From NCBI GenBank assembly GCA_964016885.1, contig OZ024743.1, positions 334,676,001 to 334,740,000 of the forward strand: DNA of 64,000 nucleotides, read 5' to 3'. The notes beneath the pieces are model-generated. The model ran no database searches and was not told where the DNA came from. It saw only the letters and a program-made list of their open reading frames with translations. A program made the position numbers and the translations under genes. Of the stretch, positions 53,508 through 64,000 are shown one piece after another (position 1 is the first letter of the stretch; every line of letters starts with the position of its first letter). This DNA is from Eledone cirrhosa (lineage: Eukaryota).

Positions 53508-55775
53508 TTGCTTCGTTATCTAGCTTATATTCCGGTAGTAGAGCACTTTGCGACCCTACCACACCTTATCCAGACTTTTCCGCTAAGCTCAAGTTCTTTC
53601 ACCCGCACCATGCGAAAACACAACATGGACTTCTCCACTAAGAACATCCCAGTTCCACCGAGAAAACTTTACCTTCGGATGCTCACACAAAAATTCGACC
53701 CCTTTGCGAAAAAACTAAGATGGAGAACTTTTTTCTACGACAGATACCGCGACAATCAGGACTTCGATACCAAGGAGAGATTCGGATTCAATACCTACCA
53801 ATCTCCTCCTCCGAACCCTATGCTCTCACCCTTCGAGAACGACCTTTTCCAACTGGTCAAGAACATTAAATTCAAACCCAGACACAACAGATTCCTACAA
53901 CTCCGTAGCAAAATAACAGATTATGAAAACACCAACGACATCATGATGCAGTCGGACAAAACTGGAAACCTCTACTTCGTCAAACCTGACAGATACCACA
54001 CACTGATCAGGAGAAGCCTAAACTCCACCTATAAAAAGGCTAACCACTCAAGCATCGAGGACATAAATCGAGATGGACAACAAATTACCTCCAGCCTCGG
54101 TATCGCCGACCGCACGGAACCCCTACACCCACAGACTCCCTACTTCACACTGAAGGACCACAAATCCGACTTCGACCGCAAACCATCTATCAGGCTTATA
54201 AACCCAACGAAGTCCGACATAGGGAGAATCAGTAAAAAGATCCTAGACCGAGTTATACCAAAAGTTAAGCGAAACGTGAGACTTAGCCTATGTGTCAACA
54301 CTGAGGAAGTAATCTCATGGTTCAGCAATATGGAGGATACACGAGACACAAAATTCATCCAGTTTGACATAGAGAGTTACTATGCTTCAATTACCTTACC
54401 GCTGATTACGGCCGCCTTGGACTTTGCCGAGACACTCGCGCCCATCACCGACCAGGAAAGAAATATCATCCTCCACGCCAGTAAGACAGTTCTACTTTTC
54501 GACAACTCCAAATGGATAAAGAGAGCTCCCGACTCCCCCTTCGACGTCAGTATGGGCGCGACGGATTCGGCTGAGGTCACATATCTTATAGGATTATTCC
54601 TACTATTTAAACTCACCGATATGTTTCCTGCATTCGGCGGTGGATTGTACCGTGATGATGGGCTCCTTACCCTCAAAGAGTACAACCCCAGTAGTACAGA
54701 CTGTGTCCGTAAACAATTAATCAGCTTCTTCCGCGACTGGGGATTTAAAATAACCCTACAAACGTCCCTAACCCGAGTAAACTTCCTGGATGTTACCCTT
54801 AACCTCGATAACGATCTGTACTACCCATACAGGAAACCAAATGACAACCTGCACTACATCCACCACCAGTCGAACCATCCTAGAAACATCACCAATAACC
54901 TGGTTAAAAACATCTCCCTCCGCATATCTCGTTTGTCCGCTAATGAGCAGACATTCAAGGAACATGAGCCTTATTACAACCAGGCTCTCAAGCGCAGTGG
55001 CTTCCCGGAGGAAATATCCTATTGTCCAGCTTCCATTAGCGGAACCAGCAGGCGACACCGCCGCTCACGCAACGTAACGTGGTTCAATCCTCCCCACAAT
55101 GTCGAGGTGACAACTCCTATCGGGAAAATCTTCTTTAGGCTCATCGAAAAACACTTCCCACTACAACACCGCTACCACAACATAATCAACAAAAATACCA
55201 TCAAACTGTTCTACAGCACCACAGATAACTTTGCACAAAACATCGTCTCCTCTAACAACAAAAAACTCAACCCCTATGGAAGAAATATACTAGATAGCAG
55301 TGGAGAACAGACCAGGACCTGTTACTGTCCTGATGGATCCCTTTGCCCCCTCGACAACAGATGCAGATATCGTAATGTGATCTACCAGTGCAACGTGAGG
55401 ACAGACACCTCCAACAAAGCTTATATAGGATTAACCGCTTGTGACTTCAAAACCCGGCTATACCAAAACAGACATACTTTCCGAAACCCGGCCCGGCGTC
55501 ACGCCACTACACTTTTGGGCCACATCTGGGACCTCAAAGATAACAATATAACCTATAATCTCACTTGGAGCTTACTGTCCAGAGCCAACTCTTACACGGG
55601 AGGACGCTGTCCGAGTAACTTATTCTCAGGGGAAACATTACAAATGCTGTTTTCGAAGGACCAACTCCTAAACAAGAAAGACGAACTAACTGCATGCAAA
55701 CACAGATTGCGTAGGACTTACCTCTCCCTCAAACCCCATAATGACCGGGGGGGGGGGGGGTTAGACAAGGGCTGA
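53508..55775 (+). CDS. PLE RT + GIY-YIG polyprotein, uninterrupted ORF (probable ATG at 53610)
   Basis: SDKTGN, LKDHK, RLINP, FDIESYY, FDVSMG, GLYRDD, NFLDV, SNHP, CYC..CPL..C, VIYQC..YIGLT. Confidence 0.9.
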   Translation: MLRYLAYIPVVEHFATLPHLIQTFPLSSSSFTRTMRKHNMDFSTKNIPVPPRKLYLRMLTQKFDPFAKKLRWRTFFYDRYRDNQDFDTKERFGFNTYQSPPPNPMLSPFENDLFQLVKNIKFKPRHNRFLQLRSKITDYENTNDIMMQSDKTGNLYFVKPDRYHTLIRRSLNSTYKKANHSSIEDINRDGQQITSSLGIADRTEPLHPQTPYFTLKDHKSDFDRKPSIRLINPTKSDIGRISKKILDRVIPKVKRNVRLSLCVNTEEVISWFSNMEDTRDTKFIQFDIESYYASITLPLITAALDFAETLAPITDQERNIILHASKTVLLFDNSKWIKRAPDSPFDVSMGATDSAEVTYLIGLFLLFKLTDMFPAFGGGLYRDDGLLTLKEYNPSSTDCVRKQLISFFRDWGFKITLQTSLTRVNFLDVTLNLDNDLYYPYRKPNDNLHYIHHQSNHPRNITNNLVKNISLRISRLSANEQTFKEHEPYYNQALKRSGFPEEISYCPASISGTSRRHRRSRNVTWFNPPHNVEVTTPIGKIFFRLIEKHFPLQHRYHNIINKNTIKLFYSTTDNFAQNIVSSNNKKLNPYGRNILDSSGEQTRTCYCPDGSLCPLDNRCRYRNVIYQCNVRTDTSNKAYIGLTACDFKTRLYQNRHTFRNPARRHATTLLGHIWDLKDNNITYNLTWSLLSRANSYTGGRCPSNLFSGETLQMLFSKDQLLNKKDELTACKHRLRRTYLSLKPHNDRGGGGLDKG

Positions 55776-57002
55776 AACACCCCACTTGCCGACTTTGTAA
55801 GGGGTAACCCCTGCTTACAAATGTAGACGTAACTTTTTTATATATTCTTTTTATATATTTTTTATCGTTTCCTCTATATTTCCTTCTTCCCCCATCTCTT
55901 CCTAGTCCTTCTACACCAGATCTCCTTCTTTGTCGTCGTTCTTTTCACCTTCTAGCCCACCCCGATGCAGCCCTTCGGTTCTCTGTAGCCTCAGTACCCC
56001 ACCCCCTTATTTTATGATAGAATTGGCCGATTCCGCTTTTTTTAGCAGATGTGCTAGACTCCAGATACTTCCTTTCTTCTCTGGTTGCTGCCCCAGCTCC
56101 ATGATTTTTAGATTTCTTAGTGGTATTTCTGCTTTAGTTTCTCGTATATCAGTATTTATTTTTGGGGATTCAGAATTAATTTTTCGTATTAGTTTTTCAT
56201 ATATATTGTACGAGTATTTATGTAGATTGTATTAGAATTTATGTATTGTAGCAGTATTTATATATATTGTATTAGTTTTATATATATATTGTATAAGTAT
56301 TTATGTAGATTGTATTAGAATTTATATATTGTAGCAGTACTTATATATATTGTTTTAGTATTCATGTTTCGGGATTCTGAATTAATATTTCGTATTAGTT
56401 TCGGGATTCTGAATTAATATATCGTATTAGTTTTTTAGTATGTTGGTCCTCAACTTGTTGACCTGTCATTGTAAAATAGCTTTGGCCGATTACTACTAAC
56501 TATTGTAGTGGTTAGACCACTTACATAGTGGTGGTAGACCCCATGTAATGATGGCTTCATAAAATTCTTTCACTACAATTTCGTATTTAGTATTCTTTCC
56601 CACCTATTAAACTTTTCTATAGCTTAGCAGTACCAGTGAGAGATTTGATGATTGTGGAAGGGGACTAGTAACCAGAAATTGTTTTTTTTTTAATATTTTT
56701 TAAATATTTTTTTAAATATTTTTTACATTTTTTATATATTTACTCCATTTAGATTTACTTATTGTTTCACCCCCTCCCCTTCTCTAGTATACTTTTTTCG
56801 ACCTTCTATACACTATCTTTAGAATCTGCTGTAGTTTTCACTTTCAACGCTTGACTGGGTTTCCTCCACTCCCTCTTCCTCTTTCTTCTACTGGCAAGTT
56901 CAGCTACCCCTACCTTCCATAAAATGCCATGATGAAATCATGTGTCTTAACAACAAACTTTTGACCAATCCTTGTGACAATCACTTTTACCATATATGGA
57001 TT

Positions 57003-57098
57003 ACCCCCTGAGCAGTTCGGCTATTCATTTACCAGGCTAAACATTTTCATTTAGTCCAGAATTAACCGTCGAAACGGCTTGAGCTTAGCCGTCGGGGT
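57003..57098 (+). ncRNA. Long-stem-II hammerhead motif with C3.C8 mismatch
   Basis: acccc-CTGAGCA-..-GAAA-cggct..agccg-TC-ggggt. Confidence 0.55.
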
Positions 57099-57824
57099 GC
57101 TTTTTGTTCCTATTACCCACTCTACTACCCTAAGTATTGACTACTTTGGTGCGTTATGGTCCATATGGTTCCTTACCACATTTCCTTCGTTATATATATA
57201 TATATATATAAATGGAAAAAATTAAACGAAATTTCATTTATCACTCTTAGTACGACTGTTACTTAAATAGGAACAAGAATGACCTCGACGGCAGAGCTCA
57301 AGCCGTTTCGACGGCTAATTCTGTATATATTCTATATATAAATGGAACAAATGAAATTGAAATTACATTTCTGACTCTTAGTACGGCTGATATTTAAATA
57401 TAAGTATGTATACGTAAATACATATATGTATACAGACGTACAGTAGTATGTATATATATATACATACATGCACACATATATATATATGTACGTATGAATT
57501 CACCGAACATTTATTATAATGCTCGGTTTATTTGTAAATAAACATCCCGAATTAAGTCGTACAGTGTTTAGCAACCATCGTTGCTCATTTGTTCAACACT
57601 GACAAAGGAACGATGTATTAGTTTCAAGCTTATTAGCTATCGTCAGCACCGTATACCTTCCTGCCGGATTATCGAACGTCTGAAAGTATATACTTTCCTT
57701 ATGCATAATAACGGCTGAGCAGCCTAATTTGCATATCGAATGAGTTAATCGGCCAGGCGCACCGTAAACGATAAATGGAAAAAATAAATACATACGTGAA
57801 TCCATACGTACGTATATATATGTG

Positions 57825-57926
<102 letters not shown>

Positions 57927-58764
57927 AACATAAACTCAATATTAAGATAGTAGAAAGACCAGGTACCTCCGTAAAAACACTTATTAGCAAGACATACCCG
58001 TTCCAAAGACCCTCATGTATAGATAAGAAATGTATAACCTGTAAAATAAGCCCCCATATTAACTGTAAAACTAGAAATGTAGTGTATAGCCTAAGATGTA
58101 CTGAAGGACAATGTAGAAACAAAAATATAGTGTACATAGGTGAGACAGCTCGTAGTATAGGGGAACGGATAAATGAACACTGGCGAGACCTTCAAGATAA
58201 TAAAGAATCATCTGTACTCTACCAACATGCTAAGATAGAACACAAGGGTAAATTAGAGAACATAGAAATAAAAATAGAACCCACACACAGAAAAGATGCA
58301 ATGTTTAGGCAAATTACAGAGGCAGTAAGCATAAAAGAATTACAACCAAAATTAAATAGAAAATATGAGTGGAACAGCAACATCACAACTTACAATTAAG
58401 GACAAAATGAAAACACACACACACATAGAACAAACAACCAACCAACAACATGTAAATAAATAAACAAATAGATAAATGAACACAAACACACACAGACACC
58501 CGGATGTGGCGCATGCGCAAACTGAGCACACAACACACACACAGAAACAAAATGGCGTAGGACAGAAGAAAGGAAAGGCACAGAAACAAAGAAAGGAATC
58601 CCCAGTACCTGAAGAGGTCACAGAGTGGGTGACGAAAGGACTATGACTATATATAAACAACTATCTGGTTGTGGAACCAACCAACCAACCAGAAATTTAT
58701 AAGTTTGTAGATTTGTAAATTTATAAATTTATAAATATATAATAAATTGAAGTGAAAGCAACTG

Positions 58765-61700
58765 GTGCGTGTGTTTCTTATTGGCAACATGACCCTCCCA
58801 AAGTATAACAATATCGGTTTCAACACACGATTTCAGATAAAGAATCTTGCTAAACAAATTCAGAAACGAAATATCGTAAGCCTTAGCCAGGCTAACAAGA
58901 TACTGAAAACCACCATGTTCTGTTGTCTACGAAAAACCATAACATCTCGACAACTATCCTTCATAAAGCAGTGTGCCTCTTCCAGAATCTACACCAACAC
59001 CATCAATACCGACGTTAGAAGATTACAACTCACCAAAAAACAAGCAGATAGGCTAAAACGAACTTTAATTCTAAACATAAAAAAGAAGATCTATAGAGAA
59101 TTAAGTCATCAAGAAAAACAAAAGCGTAACCTAATACAAGAAATAGCTAGAATCACCACACCAACAGAGAAACTAATATTTATAAGCCTTATACGCCCCG
59201 AAGAACAGTACATTACTCAAGAATGTGATAAGCACTTTAACAGGAAACTAAAGTGGCTTAAACAGGCAAAGCTAAATCAGAATACTATAGAGTATACCAA
59301 TAGATATCCCGACAAAATTGACGGTATCAACATGGACGACACCTCATTATCAGAAGAGTTCAACAACAAAAACACCAACATTTATGGGAACGCAAAAATA
59401 GATAATGATGAAATGTCTGTGTTATGTTTGCCGCCGAAATTTGCGACATTAAAGAAGGTAAATATGATTAGTTGCCTGTCAGAAATAGAAAAATCATTTA
59501 CAAAACTACGCTGGAGCATCAAAAACAAAAACAAAAGCAACAATATACGCACACACATATCCAACACACATCCCAACAACAACAGACACACAGACACAAA
59601 CAATAATAACAACAACACACACATCAACAACAACAACAATAGCAACATACCCAGAAACAACAACAACAGACACGCAGACACAAACAACAATAACAACACA
59701 CACAACAACGATAACACACACGGAGACAACAACAACACACATCAACAACAGCACACATCAACAACAACAACACACACGCATTCAATGCCTCTCACCACCA
59801 CCACAATCTTAACAAACACACAGACACAGAAAACAAGTAATGACAGTAGCATAGAAATCAGAGAAATAAGGGAAAGTAATAAGATTAAAAGGAAAAGGAG
59901 ATGGGAGACTAAGGACAAAGAGAATAACCAAGACGAACACATAGACGCACAAAATAGGGTAGATAACAACATTGAGCCAGTGGAAAGAGACAGGAGTAAT
60001 TATGAGAGACATAGAAACAACCATGAGGCTGTTGGTGGAAATAGAAATAGAAACAACACAACTAACAATAACAATAGCACTAGTACACATAAAGCAGCAG
60101 CCTGGAACTCTCCGTTTTATAATCCCTCCGATAAATCATTCGACCTGCGACGAGTCCACGCCACGACTTTACCATTTAACAAACGCACGCAGTTGCCGTC
60201 GCAGGTCGATGAACAAACAGAAGCACAATTTAGTATAGCAAAATCCGAACTTAGAAATATTATAGAACAGTATAGCAAGAAGCATAATAGAATAGAGGCC
60301 CAGCAACTGGGAGAAAAATCTGCAAATGGCTTGCGTAAGCTCATGCAGCGCTCACGTAATGGAGAGATAGCATGCTTTCCAACAGACAAGTCTGGCAGAA
60401 TGTCGGTTGACAGCCTGCCAAACTACATCCAGGCAATGCAACCCCACATCACTAACGCAAGAGAGGTAACACCACAGGAGCATGAGGATAGAGAAAAAGC
60501 CCTCAATGCCCATATGGTGATGTGGACGAATATAATGCAGCCCAACAAAAGGACTGCCAACAACTTCCAGGCCTGGAACATTGACGTGCCGGCGTTGTAT
60601 GGGCTTCGAAAAGACCATAAAACGGGCTGTGACCCTGTCGCGGGACCACTAACACGGCCAGTCTGTGGAGCTAACATTGCTAGTAACTACAGACTGTCCT
60701 ACTTCCTCTCCCTGATCATACGCCCCATCATTGAGATGTCCCCAGATGTATGTGACAGCACGGAGGACCTCCTCAGCAGAATCGGCGTGAGTAACCGATC
60801 TGGTGACCTAACAAACTGCATAATAGGCAGTATGGATGTTGTGTCCCTGTATCTATCTATTGCCGTGGATTTTGCTGTGGAGAAATGCGTAGAAATGATC
60901 AGCGAGAGCAAGGTTGAGTTCCGTGGGATTGATACCAGTGAGCTGGGACTTCTACTTAAGCTTACCCATAGTAATAGCTACCTAGACACTTATTACCTTA
61001 GCAACCTGTGCCCTACAAGACCAGCAAGAGGCAGACCACCTACCATTACCTCAATGGCCAAGAAAACCCACACAGATAGATGGAACGGGTGGACCAGAGC
61101 CATACGGACACCCGAAAACCACGATGAACTGAAGAAAATGATTGCACATGCGGTAGGGGCCAGCATAAAATTAACCCTTAAGGAACATATGTTCAAATTT
61201 AATGGAAAAACATATGCCCAAGAGGAAGAAGCAGCCATTGGTGTTAGCATTGCAGGCGACATAGCTAACTTATTCATGGTATGGTGGGACAGTAGACTTA
61301 AACTTAAACTTAAAGAACAATTAGAAGACAGCTTAACCCTGATAATGTACTCCCGCTACATAGATGATATAAACATCGTAGTTAAGACACCCCCAGTAGA
61401 GAACAGTCAGGAACTAGAGAAAAACACAATGGAAAGCATCCAGCAAATAGCAAACTCCATCCACCAGAGCATTAGAGTTACTATAGACTACCCAAGTAGA
61501 CACGCCAACCATCGATTACCTGTACTAGACACAGAGCTCTGGTTAGATACCATTAACAACCAAAAACAAATCCTCCATTCCCATTATGCCAAGCCCATGA
61601 CTTCCAAACATCTGATCCACCGAAACTCGGCCATTTCTGACCATACCAAAATCAACATACTGATTGCGGATTTGGTACGGGTGATGAGAAATGTGTCCCG

Positions 61701-62487
61701 CATGTGCAACCCCGAAGAACTAGAGAGACACATACAACACTTCATCCACCGTATGCAGTTCTCTGGCTACAATCAGAGAGATAGAATCAGAGTGTATAGA
61801 GGAGCCAGAACCAAATGGGAAAAAATCGTAAATAATGACACAAATGGGACCTGCCCCTTGTATAGTAGCAAATTTTGGAATAGAATAGAAAGAACTAGGA
61901 ACAAGGCCAATAGAATAAACTCATGGTATGATAGCAATACATACCAGAGTGTAATGTTCATCAATACAACCCCTAGAGGCGAACTAGCCTACACATTTAG
62001 AAGGGCCCTAAATAAACATAAACTCAATATTAAGATAGTAGAAATACCAGGTACCTCCGTAAAAACACTTATTAGCAAGACATACCCGTTCCAAAGACCC
62101 TCATGTATAGATAAGAAATGTATAACCTGTAAAATAAGCCCCCATATTAACTGTAAAACTAGAAATGTAGTGTATAGCCTAAGATGTACTGAAGGACAAT
62201 GTAGAAACAAAAATATAGTGTACATAGGTGAGACAGCTCGTAGTATAGGGGAACGGATAAATGAACACTGGCGAGACCTTCAAGATAATAAAGAATCATC
62301 TGTACTCTACCAACATGCTAAGATAGAACACAAGGGTAAATTAGAGAACATAGAAATAAAAATAGAATCCACACACAGAAAAGATGCAATGTTTAGGCAA
62401 ATTACAGAGGCAGTAAGCATAAAAGAATTACAACCAAAATTAAATAGAAAATATGAGTGGAACAGCAACATCACATCTTACAATTAA
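58765..62487 (+). CDS. PLE RT + GIY-YIG polyprotein, 1240 aa uninterrupted (probable ATG at 58789)
   Basis: TDKSG, LYGLRKDHK, RPVC, SMDVVSLY, AAIG, RYIDD, LPVLD, C..KCITC linker, NVVY..YIGET..ER..EH, RQITEA..LNRK. Confidence 0.92.
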   Translation: MRVFLIGNMTLPKYNNIGFNTRFQIKNLAKQIQKRNIVSLSQANKILKTTMFCCLRKTITSRQLSFIKQCASSRIYTNTINTDVRRLQLTKKQADRLKRTLILNIKKKIYRELSHQEKQKRNLIQEIARITTPTEKLIFISLIRPEEQYITQECDKHFNRKLKWLKQAKLNQNTIEYTNRYPDKIDGINMDDTSLSEEFNNKNTNIYGNAKIDNDEMSVLCLPPKFATLKKVNMISCLSEIEKSFTKLRWSIKNKNKSNNIRTHISNTHPNNNRHTDTNNNNNNTHINNNNNSNIPRNNNNRHADTNNNNNTHNNDNTHGDNNNTHQQQHTSTTTTHTHSMPLTTTTILTNTQTQKTSNDSSIEIREIRESNKIKRKRRWETKDKENNQDEHIDAQNRVDNNIEPVERDRSNYERHRNNHEAVGGNRNRNNTTNNNNSTSTHKAAAWNSPFYNPSDKSFDLRRVHATTLPFNKRTQLPSQVDEQTEAQFSIAKSELRNIIEQYSKKHNRIEAQQLGEKSANGLRKLMQRSRNGEIACFPTDKSGRMSVDSLPNYIQAMQPHITNAREVTPQEHEDREKALNAHMVMWTNIMQPNKRTANNFQAWNIDVPALYGLRKDHKTGCDPVAGPLTRPVCGANIASNYRLSYFLSLIIRPIIEMSPDVCDSTEDLLSRIGVSNRSGDLTNCIIGSMDVVSLYLSIAVDFAVEKCVEMISESKVEFRGIDTSELGLLLKLTHSNSYLDTYYLSNLCPTRPARGRPPTITSMAKKTHTDRWNGWTRAIRTPENHDELKKMIAHAVGASIKLTLKEHMFKFNGKTYAQEEEAAIGVSIAGDIANLFMVWWDSRLKLKLKEQLEDSLTLIMYSRYIDDINIVVKTPPVENSQELEKNTMESIQQIANSIHQSIRVTIDYPSRHANHRLPVLDTELWLDTINNQKQILHSHYAKPMTSKHLIHRNSAISDHTKINILIADLVRVMRNVSRMCNPEELERHIQHFIHRMQFSGYNQRDRIRVYRGARTKWEKIVNNDTNGTCPLYSSKFWNRIERTRNKANRINSWYDSNTYQSVMFINTTPRGELAYTFRRALNKHKLNIKIVEIPGTSVKTLISKTYPFQRPSCIDKKCITCKISPHINCKTRNVVYSLRCTEGQCRNKNIVYIGETARSIGERINEHWRDLQDNKESSVLYQHAKIEHKGKLENIEIKIESTHRKDAMFRQITEAVSIKELQPKLNRKYEWNSNITSYN

Positions 62488-62691
62488 GGACAAAATGAAA
62501 ACACACACACACATAGAACAAACAACCAACCAACAACATGTAAATAAATAAACAAATAGATAAATGAACACAAACACACACAGACACCCGGATGTGGCGC
62601 ATGCGCAAACTGAGCACACAACACACACACAGAAACAAAATGGCGTAGGACAGAAGAAAGGAAAGGCACAGAAACAAAGAAAGGAATCCCC

Positions 62692-62736
62692 AGTCACTGA
62701 AGAGGTCACAGAGTGGGTGACGAAAGGACTATGACT
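62692..62736 (+). ncRNA. Minimal type I hammerhead in the 3' pseudo-LTR (upstream counterpart 58604-58648)
   Basis: agtca-CTGAAGA-g-gtcac..gtgac-GAAA-ggac-TA-tgact. Confidence 0.72.
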
Positions 62737-62958
62737 ATATATACACAACTATCTGGTTGTGGAACCAACCAACCAACCAGAAATTTATAAGTTTGTAGAT
62801 TTGTAAATTTATAAATTTATAAATATATAATAAATTGAAGTGAAAGCAACTGGTGCGTGTGTTTCTTATTGGCAACATGACCCTCCCAAAGTATAACAAT
62901 ATCGGTTTCAACACACGATTTCAGATAAAGAATCTTACTAGACAAATTCAGAAACGAA

Positions 62959-62990
<32 letters not shown>

Positions 62991-63080
62991 TATATATATA
63001 TATATTTATTGTAAGATATATATATGTATGTATGTATATATGTATATATATACATACATGTACACATATATGTATATATA

Positions 63081-63650
63081 TGGTGGCTGCCAACTCGTTT
63101 TCGAGTACGTCCACTACATTATATCTATGTAGGAAAGCCCCTACCGATGCGTTGAACGAGTGTGACTTTTTAGTCCAGCCAGCGACTTGAAAACTCTGGT
63201 ACAAACACTACACTTATGACAATTATTGACACATAGTGTTGGGCCCATGGTACCATGCGACAAGTGCAGAGAGATCTCCAGATATAAAGCAATGCCTGTG
63301 ACGTGAAGCATTTATAATGAGCAAAGGCACTGCACAAAGCCAGTCACACTCTCTTAACCACGATGATATTTACCAAAAAGAACAAGTCGACATCATTGGA
63401 TACCATCAGGGTTGCAGGTGTTATATCATAATTTTCCTTCTCCTAGAATTCTGCCTTGACAAAGGCTAATGGGTCATCTCTCCCGATGATTTTGGAGCTC
63501 CTTTTCCCTTTGACAGATTTTGTTTTTAGTCCTGCAAGATGTCCAAAGTCACCCTCCTCACCAAGAAATCTTGCTGTGGTTGCGAGGTTAGTCGCAAACG
63601 ACCCGACCATGGGACAGGTTGTCCTGGGATACATGTTACCAGTAGCACCA
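63081..63650 (-). mobile_element. Unclassified retroelement-like remnant between TA-rich microsatellites
   Basis: GC-richer island; its terminus GGTGGCTGCCAAC recurs at 63988 and in similar form at 39527. Confidence 0.3.
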
Positions 63651-64000
63651 TACATATATATACATACATATATACATACATATATATATACATAAATATA
63701 TATACATACATATATACATATATACATACACATATACATACATATATACATATATATATAAATATATACATATATATACATATATACATATATACATACA
63801 TATATACATACATATATACATACATATATTCATACACATATATACATATATATATATATATATATACATATATACATATATATACATATATATACATATA
63901 TACATATATATACATATATAGATATATATACATATATACATATATATACATATATATACATATATACATATATATACATATATACATGGTGGCTGCCAAC

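Larger units (their letters stand above)
53350..57192 (+). mobile_element. Full-length Naiad-like Penelope element with inverted 5' and direct 3' pseudo-LTR
   Basis: 53350-53486 is the inverse of ~56975-57112; 53485-53520 repeats directly at 57159-57192; hammerhead motifs at 53364-53459 (-) and 57003-57098 (+). Confidence 0.9.

Overview
AT-rich, microsatellite-laden eukaryotic (animal) DNA. The SINE families and repeat landscape suggest an octopod cephalopod, which is an inference. Host coding sequence is limited to three small phase-1 exons on the minus strand (17467-17360, 4616-4500, 3299-3183). Each encodes one LDL-receptor class A repeat, and they splice in frame. Almost everything else is retrotransposon. 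There is a head-to-tail train of three R4/Dong-type (RT + restriction-like endonuclease) elements separated by (TAA)n, an RTE LINE, CR1- and L1-like remnants and many tRNA-derived SINEs. There are also at least seven Penelope-like elements (PLEs, RT + GIY-YIG), two with uninterrupted ORFs (755 and 1240 aa). The strongest non-coding signal is about 20 type I hammerhead ribozyme motifs, folded by eye, in PLE pseudo-LTRs and in ORF-less fold-back palindromes. They show C3-G8/U3-A8 covariation, U.U stem II bases and very long stem II inserts. Other items: an in-frame UGA at a conserved Cys of one PLE, a perfect ~230-unit (CGA)n tract and a 200-N scaffold gap. No searches or folding programs were run.
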